Source of the DNA: an uncultured Phycisphaerales bacterium
Lineage (GTDB): Bacteria; Planctomycetota; Phycisphaerae; Phycisphaerales; SM1A02
Direction: 5' to 3'
NCBI GenBank assembly: GCA_938084645.1
Contig: CALKEP010000014.1
Coordinates: 1 to 37,931 of the forward strand
Length of the DNA stretch: 37,931 bases
The position numbers were made by a program, and so were the translations under genes. Below the pieces are notes generated by a model that had not been told where the DNA came from, searched no databases, and worked only from the letters and a program-made list of their open reading frames with translations. Positions 26,873-35,689 of this stretch are shown piece by piece. Within the stretch, counting starts at the first letter, position 1. Every line of letters starts with the position of its first letter.

Positions 26873-28285
26873 ATGAGCAACCAGCACCAGCGTCTCGAAG
26901 AGGTCCTTTCCGCGATCGATGCGGGATTCGACGATTCCATCGATCGACTCTCGGCGATTCTTCGCATCCCCTCCATCAGCACCGACCCCGCTCATGACGA
27001 GGACGTGAAGGCGGCCGCGGACTGGTTCGCCGACGAATTCGGTCGACTCGGCTTCTCGACCGAGGTCGTGGAGACGCCCGGACATCCGGTGGTGTTCGCC
27101 GAGCGTCCCGCCCCCACGCCCGACGCACCGACGATCCTCTACTACGGTCACTACGACGTGCAGCCGTCCGATCCGCTCGACCAGTGGAACTCCCCGCCGT
27201 TCGAGCCCGTGGTCGTCGAAGACGCGAACGGTGGTCGGATCGTCGCACGCGGTGCGGTCGACGACAAGGGCCAGGTGATGACCTTCATCGACGCGTTCCG
27301 AGCCTGGATCGAGACGACCGGCGGTATCCCGGTGGGGATCAAGGTCATGCTGGAGGGCGAGGAGGAATCGGGTTCCGAGAGCCTCGACGGCTTCCTCGAA
27401 TCACACCGATCACGACTCGCCGCCGACGTCTGCGTGGTGTCGGACACCGGCATGTGGAACGCGGAGACACCGGCGATCACCACGATGCTCCGGGGAATGG
27501 TCTACATCGAGGCCGAGATCCGGGGCCCGGGCCACGACCTTCATTCCGGGATGTACGGAGGCGCGATCGCGAATCCGGCCAACGTGATGGCTCGCGTCAT
27601 CGCCTCGTTGCATCACGACGACGGCGCGGTCGCGGTGCCCGGCTTCTACGACGGCGTGCAGGATCCTCCGGCCTCGGTGCTGGAACAATGGAGCGGTCTC
27701 GGTTTCGACGAAGCCGGATTCCTCGCCAGCGCCGGCATCGCCGCCGCGAGTGGCGGCGAGTCGGGGCGGACCATGCTCGAACGAACCTGGTCGCGACCGA
27801 CCCTCGACGTCAACGGCATGCACGGTGGATACACGGGTGCCGGTGCGAAGACGATCATCCCCGCGACCTGTACCGCCAAGATCAGCTGTCGGCTGGTTCC
27901 CGGTCAGGACCCGGACGCCATCGAGGGGGCCCTGCGACAGCACATCGAGTCGATGCTGCCCGACGAATTCACCGCCGAGTTCATCAATCACGGCACGAAT
28001 CCGGCGGTCGTCGTCCCCGCCGACAGCCCCTGGCTGTCCGCGGCCACCCGTGGGCTCGCGGCCGCGTATGACGCCCCGGCGGCCGTGATCGGGAGCGGCG
28101 GCAGCATTCCCGCGGTCGGGGACATCCAGGCCAAGCTCGGGATCGACGCACTCCTCGTCGGCTTCGGACTCGATGACGACCGCGTCCACAGCCCGAACGA
28201 GAAGTTCGATCTCCGCTGCCTCCGCGGGGGCATCAAGTCGCACGCGGGGATGATCGCGGCCTTCGCGGACCATCGGACGTCCTGA
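26873..28285 (+). CDS. M20 family dipeptidase (ArgE/DapE-like)
   Basis: YGHYDVQP, ARGAVDDKG, EGEEESGS, DLHSGMYGG, GGSIP, HSPNEK metal-binding motifs. Confidence 0.94.
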   Translation: MSNQHQRLEEVLSAIDAGFDDSIDRLSAILRIPSISTDPAHDEDVKAAADWFADEFGRLGFSTEVVETPGHPVVFAERPAPTPDAPTILYYGHYDVQPSDPLDQWNSPPFEPVVVEDANGGRIVARGAVDDKGQVMTFIDAFRAWIETTGGIPVGIKVMLEGEEESGSESLDGFLESHRSRLAADVCVVSDTGMWNAETPAITTMLRGMVYIEAEIRGPGHDLHSGMYGGAIANPANVMARVIASLHHDDGAVAVPGFYDGVQDPPASVLEQWSGLGFDEAGFLASAGIAAASGGESGRTMLERTWSRPTLDVNGMHGGYTGAGAKTIIPATCTAKISCRLVPGQDPDAIEGALRQHIESMLPDEFTAEFINHGTNPAVVVPADSPWLSAATRGLAAAYDAPAAVIGSGGSIPAVGDIQAKLGIDALLVGFGLDDDRVHSPNEKFDLRCLRGGIKSHAGMIAAFADHRTS

Positions 28286-28305
28286 CCATCCGTTCGGCAC
28301 CGGCT

Positions 28306-28488
28306 TCACCGAACGGGGGTCCGTCGCGCGAGCTTCCGGCGACGGAGTTCGTTCAGTTCCCGGGCCTCGGTGCGGCGTCGATCCAGTTCGCTCGACCAGA
28401 CCGCTCGTCGGCTCGCCATGAGCAGGGCACCGCCGAAAGCAGGCACCAGACACCCCGAGACCACGATGATGGTGGGCAACCATGACAT
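28306..28488 (-). CDS. small putative membrane protein (60 aa)
   Basis: Hydrophobic N-terminal helix, then a basic/charged tail. Purine-rich GGAAGAGAAG immediately upstream. Fits an intergenic gap. Confidence 0.45.
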   Translation of the reverse strand: MSWLPTIIVVSGCLVPAFGGALLMASRRAVWSSELDRRRTEARELNELRRRKLARRTPVR

Positions 28489-28595
28489 CTTCTCTTCCGA
28501 TCGACTCGGTCGGACCTCGAATGGAGTGGGGATTCACCCCGGATTCGAGCCGCTGATCACCCCCATTCCCACCCCGTTCCGGGCGTTGGCGGGAG

Positions 28596-28608
28596 TACAC
28601 TGACCGCG
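28596..28608 (+). promoter_or_regulatory. putative -10 element for a leaderless transcript
   Basis: TACACT-GACCGCG-ATG (7-nt gap). Confidence 0.45.
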
Positions 28609-31311
28609 ATGTCGATCCACTCCCGGTTCACCAGACGCCCGACGTCCGATCGCCAGTGCCTGATGCTGCTGCTCTTCGCGGCGATGCTCGCGATCGCCGG
28701 GGGGGCGTCCGCACAGACCACCATGTCGATCGACCAGTTCGGCGCGGGGAACGCGTTTCGTCCCGGCGGCAGCACCGCGGTCCGGATCCGGATCCAGAGC
28801 GATCTCGACGAACCCGTGCCGGGGATCGTGCAGTGGGAGACGGTCAACGGCGACGGTGACACCGTCGTCAACAGTCGCCGCCTCGCGATCCCGGCCCGAG
28901 GCGGGCAGGCGGTCACCTGGCTGGTGGCCGAGTTGCCGTCGCGATCGGCGGCCGGAGATCTCCTTCGGACGATCTGGACCTTCCGACTCTTCGAGTTCGA
29001 GGACGGCGTCCGCACCCGCGAGATCTCCGTCGCGAGAATCGATGCGGCATCGGCCCTGAACATCCCCCGCCCGGTCGAACAGACCCAGGGCATGGCGATG
29101 GTGATCGGACGCAACAACGCGGGCCTCGGCGGATTCGACCGGATCCGCGGATTCGCGATGCGTCCGGGCCTCAACGAGGAGACGATCGTCGTCTCCAACG
29201 TCGAACCCGGTGATCTTCCCGACGCGGCCGCCGGCCTTTCGCCCTACGAGTTGATCGTCTGGGCGGCCAACGATCAGCGTTTCCTTCCATCCAGCATCGA
29301 CAACAAACCGTCGATCGAGGCGGCCCTGAGAGGCTGGCTGGAACGTGGCGGCCATCTCGTCATCCTGTTGCCCGCGACGTCGGATCCATGGCGTCTGGGA
29401 CGAAACGAGACCGTGTTCGGCGGGTTGATGGAGGATCTCGTCGCGATCCGCGAGGCCGGCGTCCCGCTCCGCGACCTGCTTCCCGCACTCAGCGACCGAG
29501 GCTCGCTTCGAGATGCGACACGGCTTCAGCCGATGCACCGCTTCGATCCCACCACCCTCCCGGCAGCGTGGCGGCCACTGGCCGCGGTGACACCATCGGC
29601 GACGTCCAGGACGTCGCCCGAGGCGACCGACGCGACGTCGATCGTCGCGGAACGACTTCGGGCCGCCGCCGAGGGTGGGTCCGAGCCCATTCTCTACGCG
29701 GTCCGGCGAGACGTCGGCCAGGGAATCCTCGACGTGGTCGGAATCGACGTCGCGGATCCGGACCTCCGCCTCCAGCAGGCGGGTGGACTTCCGAAGACCA
29801 GCGTCTTCTGGAACGACATCCTCGGTCGACGGGCCTTCACCGCCTCGGGCACCACGCTCGAAGCACTCAAGACCGGAAAGCGGCTGGTGACCCGCCCCTC
29901 GATCGACAATCTCGGGGCCGGCGAGGTGATCTCCCGGGACATCGGGCTCACCAGCGGCGCGGTCGGTGGCGTGCTGGGAGGATTCATCCTCTTCGCGATC
30001 TACTGGGCGGTCGCGGGGCCGATCGGATTCGCGGTGCTCACCCGCCTCGGGCGGCGGCGGCTCGCGTGGCTCGCGTTCGCCGCGACCACCGTGATCTTCT
30101 CGGTCATCGCATGGGCGACCAGCCGGGCCTCGACCGGTGGACCGATCGAGATGCGTCACGTCACGATGCTCCGCCACCTCTACCGTCCGGAAGGAACGGT
30201 GGACGACCTCCCGCAGTTCGATCTCGCCCGGAGCTGGTTCTCCGCCCGGCTTCCGGGGTACGGCATGGTGGAGGTCGAACTCGGCGGCGATGCGGTCGCG
30301 GGCAACCGGCTCGACCAGTTCTCGCCCCCTCCCAACGGACTCGCCCAGCAGTTTCCGAACACCGACCGCTACGAGATCCGGTTCGACGAAGCGGATCGCC
30401 AACTGGTCCCCGCCCGCGCCACCAGCGCCGAGTTCGTCGCCGACTGGATGGGACGCCCCGTTCCGGTCGAGAACGCCTGGAAGTCGACGATCGAGGTGGA
30501 CGTCGACGATCCGATCCGCCTCGAGCGACATGCCGGCGAACAGATCTCCCTGAGCGGCACCATCGTCAACGCGACCGGGCTTTCGCTCGAGGACGTGTAC
30601 GTGCTCGTGGTCTTCCCGCTCCGGACGCCGGCCTCGTTCCTCCCCGAGGACGTTCCCGACACCACGCTTCCGGTGGTCCTCGACGATCCTCCGAACTACG
30701 GTGCGTTCGTCGCGCTGGCGAACCGGTTCGGTCCCGGCGAGGAGATCGATCTTCGAACCATCCTCGACGACACCGGCCGCCCCGTGCCCGAGCGGTTCCG
30801 CGGCAAGCGGAGCCTCGCGACCCAGATCCGGAACACGTTCCTCGAACCCGCCACCGCGGCGGCCGAAGACGGCTTCAACGCCATCGCCATGGGCAACACC
30901 GGACTCCGACTGAACGAGGCCGATCGCAGACGCTACCTTCGGATGCTCTCGATGTTCCGCATGCTCCCGCCGCCGCGCATCGAAGTGAAGGAGAACGCCA
31001 GCGCGGTGGGCGCGGTCGCCTTCCATCGCTGGCTCGCCCGGGGGATGGACGCTTCGGTGCGATTCACGGAGCCCGGCGTGTTCGTGTTCGCCGCCGCGAG
31101 CGACGCGCCGTGTCCGGTACCGATCTCGATCGACGGGTCGCGGGTGTCCGGCGAAGGCCTGGTGATGCTCCAATGGGCTCATCCGCTGCCGCCGGTGCTC
31201 GACCAGCTGGCCCGCCCCGCGTTCCGGACGGACGACGAGGCGGACCCGACCTCGGCCGCAAGCAAGGATCCCGCAGACCCCCGCAATGGAGTGGCCTCGA
31301 CATGGCGATGA
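28609..31311 (+). CDS. large exported/membrane protein (900 aa), probable ABC-transporter-associated component
   Basis: Signal peptide (LLLFAAMLAIAGGASA-Q); DLPD...LSPYELIVW...ALRGWLERGGHLVI (GATase-like fold segment); central TM hairpin (FILFAIYWAVAGPIGF..LAWLAF). Stop overlaps the ABC ATPase start. Confidence 0.8.
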   Translation: MSIHSRFTRRPTSDRQCLMLLLFAAMLAIAGGASAQTTMSIDQFGAGNAFRPGGSTAVRIRIQSDLDEPVPGIVQWETVNGDGDTVVNSRRLAIPARGGQAVTWLVAELPSRSAAGDLLRTIWTFRLFEFEDGVRTREISVARIDAASALNIPRPVEQTQGMAMVIGRNNAGLGGFDRIRGFAMRPGLNEETIVVSNVEPGDLPDAAAGLSPYELIVWAANDQRFLPSSIDNKPSIEAALRGWLERGGHLVILLPATSDPWRLGRNETVFGGLMEDLVAIREAGVPLRDLLPALSDRGSLRDATRLQPMHRFDPTTLPAAWRPLAAVTPSATSRTSPEATDATSIVAERLRAAAEGGSEPILYAVRRDVGQGILDVVGIDVADPDLRLQQAGGLPKTSVFWNDILGRRAFTASGTTLEALKTGKRLVTRPSIDNLGAGEVISRDIGLTSGAVGGVLGGFILFAIYWAVAGPIGFAVLTRLGRRRLAWLAFAATTVIFSVIAWATSRASTGGPIEMRHVTMLRHLYRPEGTVDDLPQFDLARSWFSARLPGYGMVEVELGGDAVAGNRLDQFSPPPNGLAQQFPNTDRYEIRFDEADRQLVPARATSAEFVADWMGRPVPVENAWKSTIEVDVDDPIRLERHAGEQISLSGTIVNATGLSLEDVYVLVVFPLRTPASFLPEDVPDTTLPVVLDDPPNYGAFVALANRFGPGEEIDLRTILDDTGRPVPERFRGKRSLATQIRNTFLEPATAAAEDGFNAIAMGNTGLRLNEADRRRYLRMLSMFRMLPPPRIEVKENASAVGAVAFHRWLARGMDASVRFTEPGVFVFAAASDAPCPVPISIDGSRVSGEGLVMLQWAHPLPPVLDQLARPAFRTDDEADPTSAASKDPADPRNGVASTWR

Positions 31312-32249
31312 TCGAGACGATCAATCTGACGAAGAAGTACGGCGACCTCGTGGCGCTGGACAATCTCAACCTCGTCGTCGAGGAAGGCGCGTGCCTCGGT
31401 TTCATCGGTCCCAACGGGGCCGGGAAGACCACCACCATCAAGATCCTCGCGACGCTGCTCAAGCCGACCTGGGGCGAGGCGCGGATCGATGGAAACGTGG
31501 TCGGGTACCAGAACCACCTGATCCGCCCGGTGATGGGATACGTCCCCGACTTTCTCGGCGCCTACGAGGACATGCTGGTCCTCGAGTACCTCGAGTTCTT
31601 CGCCGCCTGCTACGGGATCCACGGCAAGCGACGGATGAAGGTCGTCGGCGACGTCCTCGATCTGACGGAACTCGGATACAAGGCCAAGAGCGAGGTCAAC
31701 GGACTGAGTCGCGGAATGCAGCAGCGACTCTCGGTCGCGCGGGTGCTGCTCCACGACCCGAAGGTGCTGCTGATGGACGAACCCGCTTCCGGCCTCGATC
31801 CCCGGGCCCGGATCGAGATTCGCGAGCTCCTCAAGGAGCTTCGCCGCATGGGCAAGACGATCATCATCAGCTCGCACATCCTTCACGAGCTCGCAGAACT
31901 CTGCAACGCGGTCGCGATCGTCGAGAAGGGACAGCTGCTCTTCAACGGCACCGTCGCCGAGATCATGCGTCGCGCGGGTACCGGCCGGCTGGTCCACATC
32001 ACGCTCGACGACCGGCACGAGGAGGCCGCCCGCATGCTCGCGGAGGTCAAGGGCATCGAACGCGTCGACGTCAACTCCCCGGAGGGCAAGCCGCGGATCG
32101 ACGTGATGCTCGATCCCGAGCACGGACTCCCGGTGAGCGAACTGCCGAGTCGGCTCATCGCCCAGGGATTCCGCGTCGAGACGATCCAGCACGAGCAGGT
32201 GAATCTCGAGACCGCCTTCATGCGGCTCACGAAGGGAATCGTCTCGTGA
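31308..32249 (+). CDS. ABC transporter ATP-binding protein (ABC-2/DrrA type)
   Basis: Walker A GPNGAGKTT, signature LSRGMQQR, Walker B LLMDEPASGLDP, H-loop SSHILHE. ATGA overlap at 31308-31311. Confidence 0.94.
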   Translation: MIETINLTKKYGDLVALDNLNLVVEEGACLGFIGPNGAGKTTTIKILATLLKPTWGEARIDGNVVGYQNHLIRPVMGYVPDFLGAYEDMLVLEYLEFFAACYGIHGKRRMKVVGDVLDLTELGYKAKSEVNGLSRGMQQRLSVARVLLHDPKVLLMDEPASGLDPRARIEIRELLKELRRMGKTIIISSHILHELAELCNAVAIVEKGQLLFNGTVAEIMRRAGTGRLVHITLDDRHEEAARMLAEVKGIERVDVNSPEGKPRIDVMLDPEHGLPVSELPSRLIAQGFRVETIQHEQVNLETAFMRLTKGIVS

Positions 32250-33106
32250 GCGCCGGACCACACGTGCTGCTGGTCGCGGACCGGATGCGATCGGGAATCC
32301 CCGAGGTGATATCGACCGTCGAACCGGCGATCGAACGCCACGCCGGGGCGATCACGCGGATCGATCCACACGAGCCGGTCCCGGACACGCCGTTCGACGT
32401 CGCGGTGGTGCTTGGTGGCGACGGCACGATCCTGAGCCAGGCCCGGCGTCTGGCGGCCCGCGGCACGCCCATCGCGGGCGTGAATGTCGGCCGACTCGGC
32501 TTCCTCGCGGAGTTCGACGCCGACGCCTTCGCGGACGCGGCGGAACTCGTCCTCGGCGGGGCGCCGCCGATCGTCGAGCGGATGACTCTCGAGATCCGGG
32601 TGGAATCTCCGGACGAGGACGTGGCCGACGACGAAGGCTGGACCCTGGCCCTGAACGACTGCGTGGTCACCGCCGGTGCGCCGTTCCGGATGATCGAACT
32701 TGGAATCGACTTCAACGGGCACGGCGGCCCCCACCTCTCCGGCGACGGCCTGATCGTCTCCACCCCGACCGGGAGCACCGCGTACAACGTGAGCGCCGGC
32801 GGCCCGATCGTCCATCCGACCTGCGACGCCCTCGTGGTCACGCCCCTCGCGGTCCACAGCCTCGCGTTCCGGCCGGTCGTCGCCGGGGCGGACGAGACCA
32901 TCGCGGTGACCGCGGTGCGGGTGAACGAAGGCACGACCCTGGTGATCGACGGCCAGCTCACCCGCCACCTCCGGGTCGGCGAGCGGGTTCAACTTCGTCG
33001 CGGCGCCCACCGCGTCCGCCTGATCCACCATCCGCGGACGGAGTTCTGGTCGACCGTGGTTCGAAAGATGCGGTGGGCGACCGGACCGACCTACCGGGAT
33101 CGCTGA
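32246..33106 (+). CDS. nadK: NAD(+) kinase
   Basis: LGGDGT, GVNVGRLGFL, ALND, GDGLIVSTPTGSTAYNVSAGGP. GTGA overlap with the ABC gene stop. Confidence 0.94.
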   Translation: MSAGPHVLLVADRMRSGIPEVISTVEPAIERHAGAITRIDPHEPVPDTPFDVAVVLGGDGTILSQARRLAARGTPIAGVNVGRLGFLAEFDADAFADAAELVLGGAPPIVERMTLEIRVESPDEDVADDEGWTLALNDCVVTAGAPFRMIELGIDFNGHGGPHLSGDGLIVSTPTGSTAYNVSAGGPIVHPTCDALVVTPLAVHSLAFRPVVAGADETIAVTAVRVNEGTTLVIDGQLTRHLRVGERVQLRRGAHRVRLIHHPRTEFWSTVVRKMRWATGPTYRDR

Positions 33107-33187
33107 TCCTCACCTCGACGGCCGCCCGACCGCCCGTGGTACCGTTCCTCGCCTCCAGTCCCAGCACCGAACCGGATCGAGCTCCGC

Positions 33188-34597
33188 ATGATCGACCTCA
33201 AGAACCTTCGAGACGACCCCGACCGGTACCGGGAGGGCGTCGCGGCCAAGAACGCCAAGGTGGACATCGACCGCGTTCTGGCGCTCGACGGCGAACGCCG
33301 TCGCCTGCTGACCGAACAGGAGGAGGCGCGAGCCGAACAGAAGCGCCTCGGCAAGGAGACCGGCCCGCAGATCGGTCGGTTGAAGGGCGCGCTCAAGTCC
33401 GCCGAGGGCGAGGAACGAAGCCGGCTCGAGGCGGAGGTCATGGAACTCGAGAAGCGACCGATCGCCCTGAAGGACCGCATCCAGATGCTGGAGGCGGAGA
33501 TCCAGGCGATCGAACCGAAGTTCCACGAACTGCTGCTCGCCATCCCCCAGCCTCCCGCGGACGACGTCCCACGCGGCGGCGGAAGCGAGGACAACGTCGA
33601 GATCCGGCAATGGCACCCGGAGGGTTTCGACCCGAACGCGCCCTTCGCCGGCCAGCGGGGATTCGAGCCGAAGACGCACCTCGAACTCGTCCACGACCTC
33701 GGACTCGTCGACTTCGAACGCGGCGTGAAGATGGGCGGCAGTCGCCATTACGTCCTGACCGGCGCCGGAATGCGACTGCATCAGGCGATCCTTCGGTACG
33801 CCTTCGACTTCATGACCGTCGAACAGGGCTTCACCCCGATGTCGGTCCCGGTGGTCGTCAAGGAGGAGTGCATGGAGGGCACCGGGTTCTTCCCCGGCGG
33901 CCGCGACCAGGCGTATCACATCGAGGAGTCGAGACGCGGCTCGGGACATGACCTGTATCTCACCGGCACCGGCGAAGTCGGGCTCATGGGGCTGCATGCC
34001 GACGAGATCGTGGACGTGGAGGATCTCCCGATCACCTACACCACGGTCTCCACCTGCTTCCGGCGCGAAGCCGGCGCCGCCGGCAAGGACACCGCGGGGC
34101 TCTATCGAATCCACCAGTTCGACAAGGTCGAGCAGGTCGTGGTCTGCAAGGCCGACGCCGCGGAACAGAAGGACTGGCACGGTCGCATGATCGGATTCGT
34201 CGAGTCGATCCTGCAGTCGCTCGCACTCCCCTACCGGCTGCTCCAGTGCTGCACCGGTGATCTCGGTGCCAAGAACGAGGACATGATCGACGTCGAGTGC
34301 TGGATGCCCGGCCGCGGCGCGGAAGGCCCCGACGGCCGCCCGGTCGGCGACTGGGGCGAGACCCACTCCGCGAGTCGCCTCGGTGACTACCAGTGCCGGC
34401 GACTCAACCTCCGGTACCGAGATCCCGAAACGAAGAAGACCCGCTTCGCGTACTCGCTCAACAACACCGTCGCCGCGAGCCCCCGGATTCTCATCCCGAT
34501 CCTCGAGATGCACCAGCAGGCCGACGGCAGCGTGCTGGTGCCCGAAGCGCTGCGTCCCTACATGGGTGGCATGGAACGCATCACCGCGGACGCCTGA
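33188..34597 (+). CDS. serS: serine--tRNA ligase
   Basis: MIDLK N-terminal coiled coil, LYLTGTGEV, CFRREAGAAGKDTAGLYRIHQFDKVE (motif 2), ETHSAS, LNNTVAASPR (motif 3), VPEALRPYM. Confidence 0.97.
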   Translation: MIDLKNLRDDPDRYREGVAAKNAKVDIDRVLALDGERRRLLTEQEEARAEQKRLGKETGPQIGRLKGALKSAEGEERSRLEAEVMELEKRPIALKDRIQMLEAEIQAIEPKFHELLLAIPQPPADDVPRGGGSEDNVEIRQWHPEGFDPNAPFAGQRGFEPKTHLELVHDLGLVDFERGVKMGGSRHYVLTGAGMRLHQAILRYAFDFMTVEQGFTPMSVPVVVKEECMEGTGFFPGGRDQAYHIEESRRGSGHDLYLTGTGEVGLMGLHADEIVDVEDLPITYTTVSTCFRREAGAAGKDTAGLYRIHQFDKVEQVVVCKADAAEQKDWHGRMIGFVESILQSLALPYRLLQCCTGDLGAKNEDMIDVECWMPGRGAEGPDGRPVGDWGETHSASRLGDYQCRRLNLRYRDPETKKTRFAYSLNNTVAASPRILIPILEMHQQADGSVLVPEALRPYMGGMERITADA

Positions 34598-34604
34598 ACG
34601 GGAC

Positions 34605-35573
34605 TCAGCCGCCCGACGCGCTCCCCGCCCGCGGAGGGAAGGCTTCAAGCACCACCCGCACCGGCCAGTGATCGGAGATCGGGCGACCTTCGACGGTGGT
34701 CGGCCGCTCGATGTCCGCCGACCGGACGGCGAGCCCCCGGGCGAACACGTAGTCGATCCTCGAACCCGTCTCGACGACCTCGAAGCCGTTCCAGGTGGCG
34801 TCCTCGACGGTCGTCGGATTCAGGTTCGCCCAGCAATCGATCAGCCCGGGCTCGGTCGACGCGCCGCGATCGAGGTGACGGATGGGCGGCTCCTCGGGAC
34901 GGGCATTGAGGTCCCCCATGAGAACGACCGGCTCGTCGGGATCGCACCAATCGAGGATCCGCGCGACCAGGAGCTCCGCCGACTCGAACCTCGCCGCGGC
35001 GCCGCGATGATCGAAGTGGGCGTTGAACACCCAGAGCGGACGCCGTGCATCCAGATGTGGACGCTCCGACGCCGGGAGGAGTCGTGCCCAGGTCACGATC
35101 CGGGGCAGGCTCGAATCCCACGACTTCGACCCGGGCACGTCCGGCGTCTCGCTCAACCAGAACGTGCCGTGCGCCTCGGGGTCGAGTCGCCACGCCGAAG
35201 TCCGCCAGAGGATCGGAACGGCCTCGCCACGACCGGCGATCCGTTCACGCGACCGGACCAGCATCTCGAACCCGGGCAGATTCTCGGCGATCCGATCCGC
35301 CTGATCGGGCAGGACCTCCTGCAGACCGATCACGTCCGCGTCGAAGCCGTCGAGCGCCGCGATGAGTTCGTCCGCGCGGCGAGGCCACGCATCCGGCCCG
35401 TCGCCGGGATTGTCATGCCGGATGTTCAGCGTGACGACCGTGGTCGTCGCCGGGGTCGCATGAGTCGACGAAGGCCGCGGCGAGCTGCTGCAGCCCGACG
35501 ACATCGGCAAGGCGATCGACGCCAGGAGCAGGAGGATCGACCGGGCCATCGCCGTCGGAGGGGTGTTCGCCAT
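34605..35573 (-). CDS. endonuclease/exonuclease/phosphatase (EEP) family protein, probable lipoprotein
   Basis: TLNIR, IGLQE, TFWLSETP, FNAHFDH, MGDLNA, RIDYVF, SDHWPV; signal ending in SSGC. AAGGA SD before ATG 35573. Confidence 0.9.
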   Translation of the reverse strand: MANTPPTAMARSILLLLASIALPMSSGCSSSPRPSSTHATPATTTVVTLNIRHDNPGDGPDAWPRRADELIAALDGFDADVIGLQEVLPDQADRIAENLPGFEMLVRSRERIAGRGEAVPILWRTSAWRLDPEAHGTFWLSETPDVPGSKSWDSSLPRIVTWARLLPASERPHLDARRPLWVFNAHFDHRGAAARFESAELLVARILDWCDPDEPVVLMGDLNARPEEPPIRHLDRGASTEPGLIDCWANLNPTTVEDATWNGFEVVETGSRIDYVFARGLAVRSADIERPTTVEGRPISDHWPVRVVLEAFPPRAGSASGG

Positions 35574-35689
35574 GGTGAGTTTCCTTCGCGTCATCGGCAC
35601 ATCAGACTCCAAAACGGCTCCCACCGCCGGGCCGTCGAAGTCGATCCGGGGGTTGACGAACGACGTTCATTCCGCCGACGATGGGTCTC

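Noticed and set aside
29388..31307. Apparent 953-aa ABC ATPase fusion
   Set aside because: The extension is Arg/Pro-rich off-frame sequence overlapping the 900-aa gene. The real start is at the ATGA overlap (31308).
31286..32245. Apparent 606-aa NAD kinase
   Set aside because: The extension is an off-frame read of the ABC gene. NadK motifs begin after GTG 32246.
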